The notes beneath the pieces were generated by a model that was not told where the DNA came from, did not search any database, and was given only the letters and a program-made list of their open reading frames with translations. This document shows, one piece after another, positions 36,243 to 50,652 of a stretch of 64,000 nt of DNA. Where the stretch lies: contig MCFE01000281.1 in assembly GCA_002104905.1 (NCBI GenBank), positions 39,684-103,683 on the forward strand. Reading direction: 5' to 3'. Every line of letters begins with the position of its first letter. Position 1 is the stretch's first letter. Origin of the DNA: Basidiobolus meristosporus CBS 931.73 (Eukaryota; Fungi; Basidiobolomycota). A program made the translations under genes and the position numbers.

Positions 36243-37489
36243 GGCAATTTTTCCCTAGATGTTGTCTTGTTGCATATTGCAGTTTAGCTGGGCTCATGCA
36301 GGGTACTGTAATGAGGGTAAATAGGCTCACAGCTTGTTTGTGAGCCTTCTTCTTCAGATAGTTCACTCCCCAGCCATAATCAGAGGGCTCAGGAGGGCCA
36401 AAATATTTGACAAACTCACCTAAGCTGGTTTGCTCAAGATAGCACAAGCATCTGGGTGCTGTAATAGAGGTGTCAAGTGGCTGGCAAGACACTGTTGGTA
36501 CAGAAGTGACTGATAAGTGCTCAAAGATGACTTGTGTGGCAATATTATGGCTATGATCTTTATAATACTTCCTAAGTTGTCTGCAGGCTCTATGGCTAAG
36601 AGGCTTATCATACTAGCCATATGGTCATTTTTGTCTGCTATGAGAGCATTGAATCAGGGTAGTCTTCTCTATGGGGCAAACATCTTAACACTCAACAATG
36701 TTGCACTATTTTATTACTTCTTGTCAATGCTCAGGTGATTTTGATAGTGTCTTATGACTGAGACATTGCATTTACACAAATGTAAGGTTTAATAATGACA
36801 CACCAAAGTAAGCATTATAAATGAAGCTGTGGTACCACATGCACACATATAGGTAACACTATTTCCTATTTAGTTTCACTCAATTCCATATATATGCCAC
36901 CAAATGATAAAGCAAAGTTAACTGGTTTGCAACAAGATCAAATGGCTGACAGCAGCAGAAGTATGGTTGGGAAAGCAGCTTGCTCTAAAATTCATTGGAA
37001 CAAACAGGGCTGCATCCAAAAAAGGTCATGTGGACTGTGTGCCTGCTGAAGGTAATAATGCCAACTCCACATTCTCTCAGTCATGTAGGTAACTGAGAAT
37101 CTCCGCAGAGCTTCAAGCTGCTCATATTACTAAGACTGAGGAGAATGTAGCTAGAACAGTATCTTTAGTGGAAGACCAGCAAATTCCCATCAAAACATCA
37201 CCACCATAAGTATTAGCAAGTATGTTGTCAGCTTGTACCAGAGCATTGATGAGGCAAGTAGGTACAGTAGCAGATCAGATAAGTGCAATGGACTGTGAAA
37301 TCAGGTAATATTCCAGAGACAGGGAGAGTGAACAATACACATAGAGCAATCAATATCCTGGGTAGAGAACACAGTTTCTAGGCCACATAGAAGGAATTCA
37401 ATTAGCTCAATGTGACAGCCAAAAATTGAGCCATTTCCCAATGTACAGCAAATGTACATCATTAATTCTTTCAAGCACAAAAACAGTGC

Positions 37490-37955
37490 CAAAGGTAAAG
37501 CTCACAAAATCTTGCCATCTTGGTGCAGATATACAATGGAAGTATCACTGATATCTGGGCCTAAATCATCACTCAACCTGGATGGCTACTGGTATTCATT
37601 ACTTGATGAATTTTGTATGCTCTCCAGAAGAATAAAGGTGTAAGGCCATTCTGTCAGAGCACATTGAGTTATCTGCATTGGAGATACCTTAGCCATCAGC
37701 AAGATAGCTAGCATTTCTGGGCACAATGGAAAATGTAGCTGTTAAATGTGTGAAATCCAAGGGATTTACTCCATAACTCAGCACGTTATTATTACCCAAA
37801 CAGCAACACTAAGAACATCTTCTTCCAACAGAGAGAACATATAGAAGTCAGCATGCAACTGCAGCAAAGTTGGCAAGCTATTAGTCATTGGCTGGAATAT
37901 GGAATCAATTTGAAATCAGAGATACTTGTGATAGAGGGTATTTGTTGGAGCAAAA
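37490..37955 (+). pseudogene. CACTA-like transposase core fragment
   Basis: SLISGPKSSLNLDGY..LLDEF, GDTLAIS and HNG..CEIQGIYS; similar to 56230-56680 inverted. Confidence 0.75.
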
Positions 37956-38019
37956 GCTGATAGTGCCAAATCAGCTCAACCCATCCCCACTTAAGTACTT
38001 ATCAACATTCACTTGACTT

Positions 38020-38635
38020 AATCATTGTAGTAGTCTTTTTCCATTAATCCTGTCACTACCATTGTATTTCCTTGTGAAATATCAGAGGCAATCTGTACTA
38101 AGTACTGAGGACTATCCACCCCAATCTACTCAGAGAGATCCCTTGTTAGGCTTCTCTTCCGCTCCAAGAACCATTGCCCTACAAGGTTTCATCCCATAAT
38201 TTGTGCAACAATTACCCTTGAAGCTTTTGTTCCCAGCTCACTGAAATGATGCACCAATTCAATAGAGGTCAGAAGTGTGTGGCAGATTTAGCTTATTGAC
38301 AAGAGGACTGTTAGAGATTAGAGTGTTTGGCAGTCTATAAGTAGCCAAGGAGAGATATGTTTAGCAGGATGCAGAAGCTCTGCTATGAGATATTATATTA
38401 TTCCACAGTGATAATAGTGTATACATTTGGATATCCAAGGAGACTCAGCATATTGACAGATAAATACACACAAGTGTCATTTATAGGAGAAAACTGTAAA
38501 ATGGGTAAAATAGTCAAAATTAACACTAATGAACTTTGTATTTGTATAGGAAGACATCCACTGAGAGCAATATATCTGGAGCAATACCTGGTGTTGATGA
38601 AGAAAGAAATCTACTGTTCTGAGCATAAAAAGTAA
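38020..38635 (+). pseudogene. Third, internally deleted DDE_Tnp_4 transposase copy
   Basis: INPVTT...STPIYSERSLVRLL at about 38040-38160. ORF 38357-38635 holds the C-terminus (TFGYPRRLSIL...GKIVKI...RHPLR). Confidence 0.75.
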
Positions 38636-38725
38636 GATCAAGCAGAAACATCTAGGACAGAATCTTACCACTATCATGGTAGTAGTAGTTACAGAGCTGG
38701 TAATGTTGTATAAATTTGTAGTTCC

Positions 38726-41700
38726 TGTTGAAATAATTAGGAGTCCACCTAATTATTAATATATTATGAACTAGCGCTTAGTGAAATGATATATATCAGA
38801 TTATCAACATGGAAATTAGTTTGTAAATTATTTACTAATTATTAGGAATTAGAGAAGTACAGAATTTTAGGAAAATCTGACACTTGTCCAAATGAGCTGA
38901 AACTTGGCACATGTACTCCTGAGACTCCCCTAATAATGACCAAATAGTCACATTTACGTAGTTCTGCAATAAGTATAAATACTGTGTTGCAACTCAATAA
39001 AACACCAAGAGATTATCATGTAAATCTTCTAGTTCTCCAATTCACTTCCAATATATCTCTCTAATATTTCAACAGGTTATGAGCCCCAAGCTTGCTTTAT
39101 CTTGGTTGTCTACTTTGCTCTAGTGCTGTGTCTTTATTCTGGAGAAAGACTGCCTGGTCTACCTGAAGTTACAAAAGACAGAAAAGTACTGCCACTGCAA
39201 AGAACTGCTAGATGGGATATATTGTTTTGGAGAGAGAGGCCTTTGCCCTTAAAGAAGACACTAAGCAAAGAAAAAGGTCATATGGCAAGGAGATCATGCT
39301 TGACAAATTTCAAAGTTATGGAATATGCAGAAGGATGAAGCTTTGAGAAAATGCGTAATCCCAGCTAGGAGTCAATATCAATAAGGGGCATCTTACATGA
39401 TATATGTATTAATGCTATTATCCTTATTATCTGTGGTAATGGAAAGTATTCCATTACTACAATATCTCTTAACCAATATTGCACTCATTTCTTTATTTTG
39501 CTTTTTGCTATTGTAACACACAAGTGAAAGATCAAGAATTTCCAACTTTGATGAGCAAATGCTCCAGACCTTGACAAGCAATCCACCCAAGAACATTATA
39601 TCATACAGAACACGTAGTAGCCAACACATGTTTCAAATTACAGCTCATTTGAAGCAGTACTTAAGGAGTTATGACCAAAAGAGTCCAACAATTATATATA
39701 CTATGCCTTATTGCTAGGATTACTATGGTGACTTTGATCGCGTGTAACTTTTGAACCAGCCAATCAAATCACGTGAAATTTGCACAGGTGCTGCGCCTAT
39801 GTCCGATCTGCGCCACTGCAAAATTTAGCTTTGTATCATGTGTATTGCTTGCGCAATCACCCAAAAACTCTGATCCTTCAAAATTTTCATATATATAACT
39901 TCCCCGGCTGAAAAATAATGGGAGAGCCTCTCTTTCCAGAATCTCCACACTACGATTACAAGTTTAAAGGTTATAAGACTTCCCCTGCATCACTTGCACT
40001 GTTGAGTATTCTGACTTTGATTGGTACTACATCAGTAAAGGGACTGCAAAGCTCACAAGAATCCAATCTAAGTTCTACAAGAAACTACCACTTTTCTGTC
40101 GGAAAAGTCCCCTCTAAGAAACCCCTTTACTCTAAAGACACCCCTTTAGACACCCCTTTAAGAAACCCCTTTACTCTAAAGAAGCCCCTTTAGGCACCCC
40201 TTTAGTGTAAAGTCCACTTTAGAGACCACTACAAGAAGCCCCTTTACTCTAAAGACACCCCTTTAGACACCCCTTTAGGTCTAAAGACCCCTTTAGAGAC
40301 TTCTACAACACACCCCTTTAGGTTAAAGGGGAGTTCAGAATTTCCATATTAGGAAATATTTTCTCAGAAAGGAAAGTGACTTCCAAATAAGGAAAAGTTA
40401 CTGTAAAAGTAAATAAGCCCATTAGTCGACAGAAGGTCAGAACACTGCTGTAGAAGTGATAAACACTGCCTACAGTATATTTTGAGCCTAAGATTGAGGA
40501 AATTAGTGAAAGTTATATCTTCTATTGGTATATCAAACTCCCAATAACCTATTTCAGTATTAGCATACTGGGAGTTGTTGTATATTGTTGATTAGCCTCT
40601 ACATTGTAGAACAAGCCCCAAACTAATCATAATACAACACAACATATCACCACATGATGGATCTATCTTGAAGATCCACATATACCTGGGTTTGGATTAG
40701 ACTATTTCAGTCGATGAAATGCCCACATTGCTGCAGTGAATTTACATAAGTCTGTAGTCACTTGAAATGAAATGATGCGCAAACACTTTGATGCCACCTG
40801 CTGCCCTGGTCTAGAGTTGAATTTGCTGACAGATATATGGATCAGCTTGCCCAAACTCTGAGGATCAAAATGATATATAATACTTATATATTTGGCCAAA
40901 GATCAGTGATCTCAGATATGCCAACTTAGGAGTGGTACACATGATATATCAGTGGTACTATTTCCAGTACCAATGATCCTGAGGCTCTGTGAGACACTTA
41001 TTAGACAAGCTACATGTCTACATCAAGTATCAGATACAGTGGGAGGAGATACATCCATATATGTTGAAGCATGGAATATCTACCGCCATCAAGAAAAGTG
41101 CTACCGGAGACCTTGACCAAAGTATATGCATATAGTCTCTATATACACTATAGAATATGCATGAAGTACTATCAAGGAGTGTACTAGTTGCCCTACACTA
41201 GTACATATATCACATACATACAGTGATGAAGGATCATTTATATTAAATTGGATTGGATGTTAATCATGCTATTTTGATCAGATCAACTTACTTACAGCTC
41301 CCAGCTACGGGCCAAGCTGCAATGATGATATCTGCCACCAAGATGCTGAGAGAAATGGCTTTTTAAGGAAGTTTATTTGATAAAATTTGATCAAGCCTGT
41401 GAAAAGTTATGCCAGATCCAAATGGATGACCGATTTGGTTGAAACATCTCAGAATAGATATGTTTTGAGGTCAGGAGGTTCTTGAACACTCTGGGAGATC
41501 AAACAAACCGTGGATATGCTACCTGCATGGTCCAGATCTAGATCAATAAGGAAATTCCAGCAACCAGCATCTTTAAGACCAGATATGGAGCAAAAACCTC
41601 CTGCCAAAAAGTTGTCAGTTTCTAAATGGAGTTAGGTGATACCTAAGCCAGATTTGGACTATCTAGCACACTAGATATGATCCAGTTATCCTACCACACA

Positions 41701-43240
41701 AGGATAGTGGAGTATTGTTGCTAAGGAAAGCAGCAGAGCAGTCCAAGAGAACCTATCTACACAGAGGCAACATCACAATTACGGTGAACAATGAAGTCAA
41801 CATACTTGCAGTGGAGGCTAGAGAAGTGGTACCAAGGGCCAACCTAAGGGTTATAATGGGTCCAGAAGATCATGGACTTGTCTATTTGCACTGTCAACTG
41901 AGCTCTATGCTGGAAAGTTCTATCAGAAGTAACAGTGGCTTATCAGAGCCATTATGGTAGATTTATGCAATTGGAAAGTGCCAGATCAGGTTGTACTGTT
42001 GAAGCGCAATAGTACATATGAGACCATATCTATCCTGTTTAGGATTAGGCCTCTATGAATAGCTGCCAATCAAGCTGTGGTATGCTGTGATACCAAATCA
42101 AGCCTATTAAGATGCAAAGGGAAGATCTCAATACCATAACAGTGATATCAGTCCAAGAAAGTTATACCTTGATCAGAAGGATATATATGATCTATCTCAG
42201 TCAGTTTTAGAAGGCAGGAAGCACCAGAAGACGTAGCTTCAGTGGGAGTACAATATCCCAGATCAGGAATGAAGAAAAGCTAGGCTAGATACCATTGAAG
42301 GCACTAGTCTGGAAGAGGAAATACTTGATCAACCGGTGAAGAATAAGGCAACTACAATGCTGACCAGTTGTTGGTCTCAGCAGATCATATATGGAGTATA
42401 TGAGGAAAGTTACTATCCAGATCCAGTTATGGATATATGGAGGATAGTCTAAGTGAATCAGACTATAGACCGGAACTGTGGATGATCCAGATCTACTGGA
42501 GAGAAGACCACATCCTAACTTTGCCAATTATTGACCAATTTTACTCAAATAAAACAAAAGATAGCCTGAGAATGCAGCTCTCTGATGATACAAACTATGC
42601 CGGGATTTGACCAGTATCTAAAAAGTTTTACTCCAATCAAATTGATGATACTCATTCATAGATATTTGTGATGAGATCAGAGTTCAGACTCAAAGCAATT
42701 TGATCTGAAGAATGTAATTAACAGTATGGACTTATACTTAGTTATTACAGATAATATGCAGTCCTTAACATATATTGGAGAATACATTAGTCCAATAGGT
42801 TAGATGGTTAATTGCAGGTTTAATTTCAACCGCAAGATACACAACACCACAGCAAGTTCATAAGTATATGAATATATTATGTGAGTGGGAGTGTTGAAAT
42901 AATTAGGAGTCCACCTAATTATTAATATATTATGAACTAGCACTTAGTGAAATGATATATTTCAGATTATCAACATGGAAATTAGTTTGTAAGATATTTA
43001 CTAATTATTAGGAATTAGAGAAGTACAGAATTTTAGGAAAATCTGAAACTTGTCCAAATGAGCTGAAACTTGGCACATGTACTCCTGTGACTCCCCTAAT
43101 AATGACCAAATAGTTACATTTACGTAGTTCTGCAATAAGTATAAATACTGTGTTGCAACTCAATAAAACACCAAGTGATTATCATGTAAATCTTCTAATT
43201 CTCCAATTCACTTCCAATATATCTCTCTAATATTTCAACA
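38726..43240 (+). mobile_element. Complete non-coding LTR element family B (LARD-like), TSD GTTCC
   Basis: 349-bp LTRs at 38726-39074 and 42892-43240 (about 9 differences), PBS 39075-39087, PPT GTGAGTGGGAG 42881-42891, GTTCC on both sides. No gag or pol motif in about 2.6 kb of own internal sequence. Confidence 0.93.
39432..40644. repeat. Solo LTR family C (inverted), TSD TATC
   Basis: TATC at 39428-39431 and 40645-40648. The empty site CCTTATTATCACAAC is present at about 27546-27560. Confidence 0.9.
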
Positions 43241-46200
43241 GTTCCATCAAAATACTAACCAAACTTAGCCATCTAGATCATTACCTACAAATCTTAAAGA
43301 ACACCAACCACGTTCCTTGTTGGGTCTCACTTGGAATATTCTAACCAAAATATCAGGTCCCCCAAACATGAAAATTCTCAAAGTTTTCTAAGCAGCCCCA
43401 TGCTTTGAAACACATGCTCTTGAGATCTTGCTAGCCCTATCCCATGTGTTGGCTATGCCAACATTGTGTAAATTATAAACACTTTCTTTAAATTCAATTT
43501 ATCCTTGAGTGAAAAACCCATAATGTACTTGTTCTCCTGATGAATTCCATTATCCCCAAGGCTCTACAACTTGTTAGAGCCCCAGGCTGTCACTTTCTTC
43601 AATGATTACCACTACCATTATAGGATTTTTTACCTCATCTGAAAAGTTGTATGGATCTAACTACCAAGTGGAAGGTGAAGGTGAAGATGCTGCTACAAGA
43701 AAGAGGCCTTTGGGGTACTCTCATGGGAGAAGAATGCCCTCCTAGAAATTTAGAAGCAGAACTAGCAAACTACCAGAAGTAAGAACATAGTGCCTTCAAC
43801 TGCTCTTGCCTCAAAGTTACAGAGAAATTGCTAATTTAATGCTTGAGAGCAAAAACAGCAAACAAACGCTGAAAGGCATTGGAAGACACATACCAGTCAC
43901 ACTCAGCTGCTCAGAAGATATGTCTCAGACAAGAGTTATTCACTACAAAAACGCTGCCAGGAAACACAATGAAAAATCTATTCAGCAGAATTACTCTGCT
44001 TGAGGATGAGAGGGAATCTCTGGTTCTAACAACTGCTGATGAGGATATGATAATCACTATCCTGTATAGCCTGTCAGACATGTTTAAGGGCCTTGTATTA
44101 GCCCCACAGTCCATAACTGAAGATTTGACTTTGATTTATGTATTTGGAAGACTGCTGGATTATAATATAATATAATGAAGTGCCAAGAAGAAGAAGGAAG
44201 AAAATGCTCTGATATGTAATGATTACCAACAAAGGAGGTACCACAAAATCTATTAAAGGCAACAGCAATCTGCATTGCAGCTACTGCAAACAGAAAGGAC
44301 ACATATCAGATCATTGCCTTGAAAAGAGAGACAACTAACAAAAAAACCTGCGTATGGAAATGCTGTAACAATAGAAAATGGACTAATCACATCTGCACTA
44401 GGCATAATCACAAACAAGGACTCTCAGATGTGGTATGCTGACTCTGCAGCATCTCAACACTTCACACCCCAAAAGAATGTTTTACTCAGTACCAGCAAAT
44501 CCCAAGCAAGAAGCATCTCATAGGTAACAATAGAACATTTGATTCATTTGGAGAAGGAAATATACTTGTAACCCCCAGAAGCAGTGAAGGAAGTCTCACA
44601 CTTACCTTCAAAGAAGTACTCTAGGTTCCAGCAATAGCTAACAACCTACTAACTGTGAGCAAGGCCACATCAGAAGAACTCAGTTTCAGCATTGACAATG
44701 CTGGATACAGGATCACTGACCAAAATGGTACCTGTATTGCTTTGCATATCAGAGACCAGAAATTATACAAGCTGACTTATATTCCAGCATGTCAGGAAGC
44801 CAATATAAGTAACTTCAATGACAAAACCCTAATACCTTGCCACAGTAGTACTGATAAATCAAATTTGATTATTTGTGCAGAACAATTAAAGATTAGCTTG
44901 TTTCTGGAGTAAGAACTTATCTGCCAGCTAAATTGAAGAACTGTGACACTGGCATGTATGGGAACAAGCCAGACAACTGTTCAAGAGCTCTGTGTTATTG
45001 AAGATTAAGTAATTATTAGATCTTATTTACCCCAAGCTTTATGGACCTAAGGAATATTTATACTTAGGCAGGATGAAGTATTTGATCACTTTTATTGATG
45101 ATTATAGAAGATACACCTAGTTCTACTTCATGGAAAGAGAGGAAGTAAGCTTGTTGAAACTCTGGGAGTCTAAAGCCATGGTGGAGAGAGAAACCTATGA
45201 AAAATCAAGAAAATATGTGCTGACAATAGTGGAGACTACACCTCAAAACTCTTGATCAACTTCTGAAAATTCATGAGATAAAGCAAGTGATCATTTGACC
45301 ATACATTCCACAACAACTTGAATGGGCAGAATGTGTAAATGGATCCATACTCTGTACGCTAAAAGATATGATCAACAATCCCAAATTATGATATATTTTT
45401 GGGGCAGAATCATATACCACTGATGCATACCTGGAGGAAAGCAGTTATAACCAAATGTTTGATGAATCTACACCATTTGCCACATTGAATGGACACACAC
45501 CAAGTACAGATAATTTAAGAATACTTGTGTTTAAAGTAGATTCCAAGAAATTTCTTAGAAATCATCAAAATTTGAGCAAATATGTTTATGATGCATATTC
45601 TGGAGCTACTAAAATAAAGGTAAAGCATAGAGACACTGGAATGCCAAGACAAAGAAGTTGCTCAAGCTCACGAATGAGTGGCTTGATGAATATTCAATAT
45701 TCTGACAAAAAATGTCATAAGCTGTTACAAAATTCAACCTCTAGTCTGCCAATAGCCAGGCAGCATCAGAGCAATTAATGGATATTTTTTCATTCCAGAG
45801 TACTCTCAAACTACAGCTTAGCCTCAACCACTGCCAGGAAATATGCCTGAAGTTATCATTCCATCATTAAAAATCAGGAAATCAAACTTGACCACAAATA
45901 GCTCAAAGAACTAAATCACTGCCTACTCAGTCCACATTGGCAAGCCCCAGACTGTAAAGAGGCCCTATATAGCCTGCGGACAAAGTCTTGGAGATTTTCA
46001 TTGTCTGAAGGGTATCAGGCCCTGAGGGCAAATCAAACTTAGGACTTATTCAAATTACTAATCCACCAGGGAACAATTGGATAGAGATTGCTCCTTGAGA
46101 CAAAACATAAGGCTAGCAGTACAGTCAACAGAAACAAAGTAAGGCCTGTGGTCTAAGGATATTTTCAAACAAAAGGACTTGACTATGATGAAATCTTTGC

Positions 46201-48390
46201 AATGGTAGCCATATTAGATTCTGTCGCATTAATATAGGCTATTATAGCCAAATATAAGTCTTTTATACATCAAATGTTGGTAAATGCTGCATATTTAAAT
46301 GGGGAACTTGGTGAGAATGTGTAATTGGACTAGCTTGATGGTTTTGCTAGTCACAATAGCCCCCATTTGGTCTGCAGGTTTAAAATATCTCTTTATGGCT
46401 TAATGCAATCACTGCTAGCCTGAAATTGCAATATAGATTCTTATTTGGAATCATTGAGTTTCCAAAGGTGTACTGCTGACTATTGGATCTACTCTAAGCC
46501 ATATAGAGCAAATGCAGTTGTATCAGTTCTATATGTAGATGAGCTTAATATGGCCACCAAGACCAATGAAACCTTAGAAGTGACTAAATCCTGCCTATCT
46601 TAGGAGTTTAAGATGTGTAATCTAAGAGAACTCAATTACTACTTAGGGATAAGGTTCTCCATAGACAGAGGTATTCAATCTATCACCCTAAGCCAGTCCA
46701 AGTATACTCAAGATATACCTAAGAAGTACTAAATAGGAGACTGGAAACCAGCAGCTACACCAATGGAGACATACCACAACTAGGGTATAACTCAGCTAAA
46801 TCAAGAGAACTTAGTGACAACTGATGGCCCTTACTTTCCTTCTCAATCAAAGGTCAACAGTCTGATGTATAAAATGCTTAGAACACATCCAGATATCTCA
46901 TACTCAGTGGGAGCTGCCAGCCGGTATAATGAGAATATTGATTTGATTGTATTGCAGCAGTCAAGTAGACTTTGGATACCCAAGAGAAACTGCAGTTATC
47001 TGCTTAAGATTCTCCTCTAAGAATTCAGAAAAAGAACTTGTGGGAAACTGTGATGCTGATTGAGTATAAAATCTCAAAGACAAATGATCCACCACAGGCT
47101 ATACCTTTCTTTACTGTAAGGGAGCAATTTCACAGAATTTAAGAGAGCAACCAAGTGTAGACCTTTCTACCACAAAAGCAGAGTATATGGCAGCCTGTGA
47201 TGTCACAAAAGAACCAATATAGTAATGAAACTTCTAAAGATTTATGTATCTATCTGTTGTGTTGTATTATGATTAGTTTGGGGCTTGTTCTACAATGTAG
47301 TGGCTAATCAACAATATACAACAACTTCCAGTATGCTAATACTGAAATAGTTTATTGGGAGTTTAATATACCAATAGAAGATATAACTTTCACTAATTTC
47401 CTCAATCTTGTGCTCAAAATATACTGTAGGCAGTGTTTATCACTTCTACAGCAGTGTTCTGACCTTCTGTCAACTAATGGGCTTATTTACTTTTGTAGTA
47501 ACTTTTCCTCATGTGGAAGTCACTTTCCTTTCTGAGAAAATGTTTCATAATATGGAAATTCTGAACTCCCCTTTAGCCTAAAGGGGTGTGCTGTAGAAGT
47601 CTCTAAAGGGGTCTTTAGACCTAAAGGGGTGTCTAAAGGGGTGTCTTTAGAGTAAAGGGGTTTCTTAGAGGGGATTTTTCCAACAGAAAAGTGGTAGCTT
47701 CTTGTAGAACTTAGATTGGATTCTTGTGAGCTTTGCAGTCTCTTTACTGATGTAGTACTGATCAAAGTCAGAATACTCAGCAGTGCAAGTGATGCAGGGG
47801 AAGTCTTATAGCCTTTAAACTTGTAATTGTAGTGTGGAGATTCTGGAAAGAGAGGCTCCCTCTTTATTTTTCAGCTGGGGAAGTCATATATATGAAAATA
47901 TTGAAGGATCAAAGTTTTTGGGCAATTGCGCAAGTAATACACGTGATACAAAGCTTAAATTTTGCAGTGGCACAGATTGGACATAGGCGCAGCACCTGTG
48001 TAATTCTCACGTGATTTGATTGGCTGGTTCAAAAGCTACATGCGATCAAAGTCACCATAGTAATCCTAGCAATAAGGCATAGTATATATAATAGTTGGAC
48101 TCTTTTGGTCATAACTCCTTAAGTACTGCTTCAAATGAGCTGTAATTTGAAACATGTGTTGGTTACTACGTGCTCTGTATGACATAATGTTCTTGGGTGG
48201 ATTGCTTGTCAGGGTCTGGAGCATTTGCTCATCAAAGTTGGAAATTCTTGATCTTTCACTTGTGTGTTACAATAGCAAAGAGCAAAATAAAGAAATGAGT
48301 GCAATATTGGTTTAGAGATATTGTAGTAATGGAATACTTTCCATTACCACATATCAAAAAATGTCCTTACTTTATTTTAAGATAATCAAC
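43241..48390 (+). mobile_element. Old, heavily mutated copia A1 element (LTR, PBS, gag-pol relic) split by LTR-C
   Basis: The LTR starts at 38704, before the B insertion, and resumes at 43241. PBS-like GTTAGAGCCCC at about 43572. Fragmentary ORFs (43879-44175, 44655-44912, 46814-47020) are collinear with 60634 onward. Confidence 0.85.
47255..48351. repeat. Solo LTR family C, TSD TATC
   Basis: TATC at 47251-47254 and 48352-48355; shorter TAAAGGGG array. Confidence 0.9.
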
Positions 48391-48392
48391 AT

Positions 48393-50414
48393 TCCTATGA
48401 AAACTAATTTGGTCCCATGGGTGGATCTGATCTGGATCAGCCATCAGGACCCTACAACAAGTTCATTATAATACTGGCAGCTTGGTATTATTGACCCTCC
48501 ATACAATCTTACAATGGGATTGTGATGGCATTTTGCCAATATTACTGTTGAATAAAGTTGAAAACTTGACAGTGTTTAAGCAGTTATTTGACAAGAATTG
48601 CATGGCATTCAAACAGAATTAATGCACTCCACATTAGCTGAGTAGACCTAACCAGCCAATACATCTAATTGCCTTATATGGCAAGTTACTTGAAGGTGCT
48701 CCAATAGCTTTATGGCAAACCCCTGCTGGCATTTTAATGGCAGTATGGCAGCCTACAGCCAGTTCTGTGTAATGCCACTGTACCAATTTACCATGTAGTA
48801 TTTTATTTTTCTACCTTCCCTTGTGCCATTTATATTACCAGTGTAGAATCACCCCTATTTACTTGCTTACTCACTACTACCTTGAGTACTTCACATATAG
48901 TTCAAATCAAAAAAATATAGCCCCTACTTACTAACCTCTAAATATGCATGTACCTGCTGCAATTGACATACCTTTATCACCTTAACTTTGCAGCTTTTCG
49001 GAGTGATACTTGCAAAGTTACCATATACCTTATATTGCTGGTGGTACATGCATCTTGCAATTATATGCCCAGTTGCTGCCATCTTTGCCATAAAAACCTC
49101 CTGAATGTCTGTAAAGAACTTCTGTGCAATTAGCAAATATATTCCTTCTCCTTGCTGCATTCTGGTCCCCATTATAGGTGCACTCTGGCAGTGATAGAAC
49201 GCAGCAACTTTGTGAGGATCCTGTCACAGCCAGGGCTGAAAGCCTAAAACTTGTGGCAAAGTAACATCAGGTTGCCAGAAGAGTGCCTGTAAGGAACAAG
49301 CAGGCAGAGACAGATACCCCAGTGCTGCATATATGAAGGGGAAAATGTATTTTCATACAATAACTTCACAGACAAAGTAGAGGTGAAGCACCTGGTAGTG
49401 ATGAAGGGAAAAAGTCTACCCAAGCTAGCAACAGGGAATTGTGAGACAAAAGCTGCAATTATCACTAGTTGATGCCATAAGCCTGGAACAGGCTGAACTC
49501 TGTAATAGTCAAGAAAAGTTACCAATAATACAATGATAATTTCCCAAGCATTAAAAGTTCTGTCAATTGAGCTGCACTCCAGTGAGGTAGACAAGTCTGC
49601 AGAGAAAGGCATTTTAACTACCACAACCTCTGCATCCTTTATTGTAGATAGATAGGAGCTCACACTGACAGACAAAGCAACAATATTAAGAGCTTAGAAG
49701 GCTATTACAATGCCCATAGTGAAGTTTTGAGGCATTATCAGGTACAGCAAAAGGTTGCAGCACTTCCCCAAGAGCAGGACTCAGCAAGACACCTGATGAT
49801 AACAAGGAATCATCTCAAACATTAGCAAATGTGGTGCTAAGCCTTGCAGTGCTGGCTGTAGTCCTGGATGTATGGACACAAATGAACTGACAATGGCATA
49901 TAGCCATAGGGCTCCCACTATATCTGTGGAACAAGGATATTTTGGCTAGAACACTTATTCAATGGTGGACCTTTATAATATTAATTGCTGAGCGTGAAGT
50001 TGGCCTTAATGTTAGTGATTGGTATAGGGCCTTATATAGGACAATACACTTGGCAATTGTATTACAACTGAAGATTGAGCTAAATAAACCAATTTGTATG
50101 CTCAAAGTTAGAGCACTGCTTGAGTCAGGAAGTAAGGAGTGTGAGGCAGAGGCATCAGCCAGGCAATGTACATATATATAGAAGGTTATTGAGTGTCTGG
50201 GATTAGAAGGTGAGAGAACTGGCAGAGAACCAATTGACAGATACTTATCTATGGTTGTATTGAAATATTTTACTATATTTGTATGAAATATGAGGTTGAA
50301 TTTTTTGTTAATGGTCTTTGCATGGTGTCTTGACTGCATCTACACCTCTTAGTCATAGGATTTGAGTTTTGTGATGGCCTTTTGCCAGGATCTTCACAAT
50401 TATTTCTCTTAGGG
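48393..50414. mobile_element. Internally deleted (~2.0 kb) CACTA-like derivative with both ends
   Basis: Starts TCCTATGAAAACTAATTTGGTCCC and ends ATTATTTCTCTTAGGG. Joins the transposase 3' region directly to the ORF2 3' half at about 49200-49250. Confidence 0.7.
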
Positions 50415-50652
50415 AAAACACCTCAGGACAGCAATCATCCATCCGCAACTTTTATTTGGATGGAGTAGTATTTCAGAAGATATGGATTATGTGCTCTAGA
50501 CAATGGGTTAGTCAGCAAAACATGTAAAGGGCCCATAATCTAGGAGGGTAAGGATATGAGCTGGGCTGGAGCCAGGGATGCAAATGTTGACAGGCATTTG
50601 AAGGTTTGGATGGACTTAGCTTCATGTGATTTCACTTGAATGTCATGAGTTT

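Larger units (their letters stand above)
34480..37490. mobile_element. Decayed CACTA-like copy: transposase relic on minus (about 34480-36740) and ORF2 start on plus (about 36894-37490)
   Basis: Collinear similarity to 55960-58560, including the divergent spacer and ATGCCACCAAA start; split by two solo LTRs. Confidence 0.75.

Noticed and set aside
39918-40193. ORFs within LTR-C (also 47520-47765)
   Set aside because: Low-complexity translations of the repeat array; starts and stops are not conserved among the three copies.
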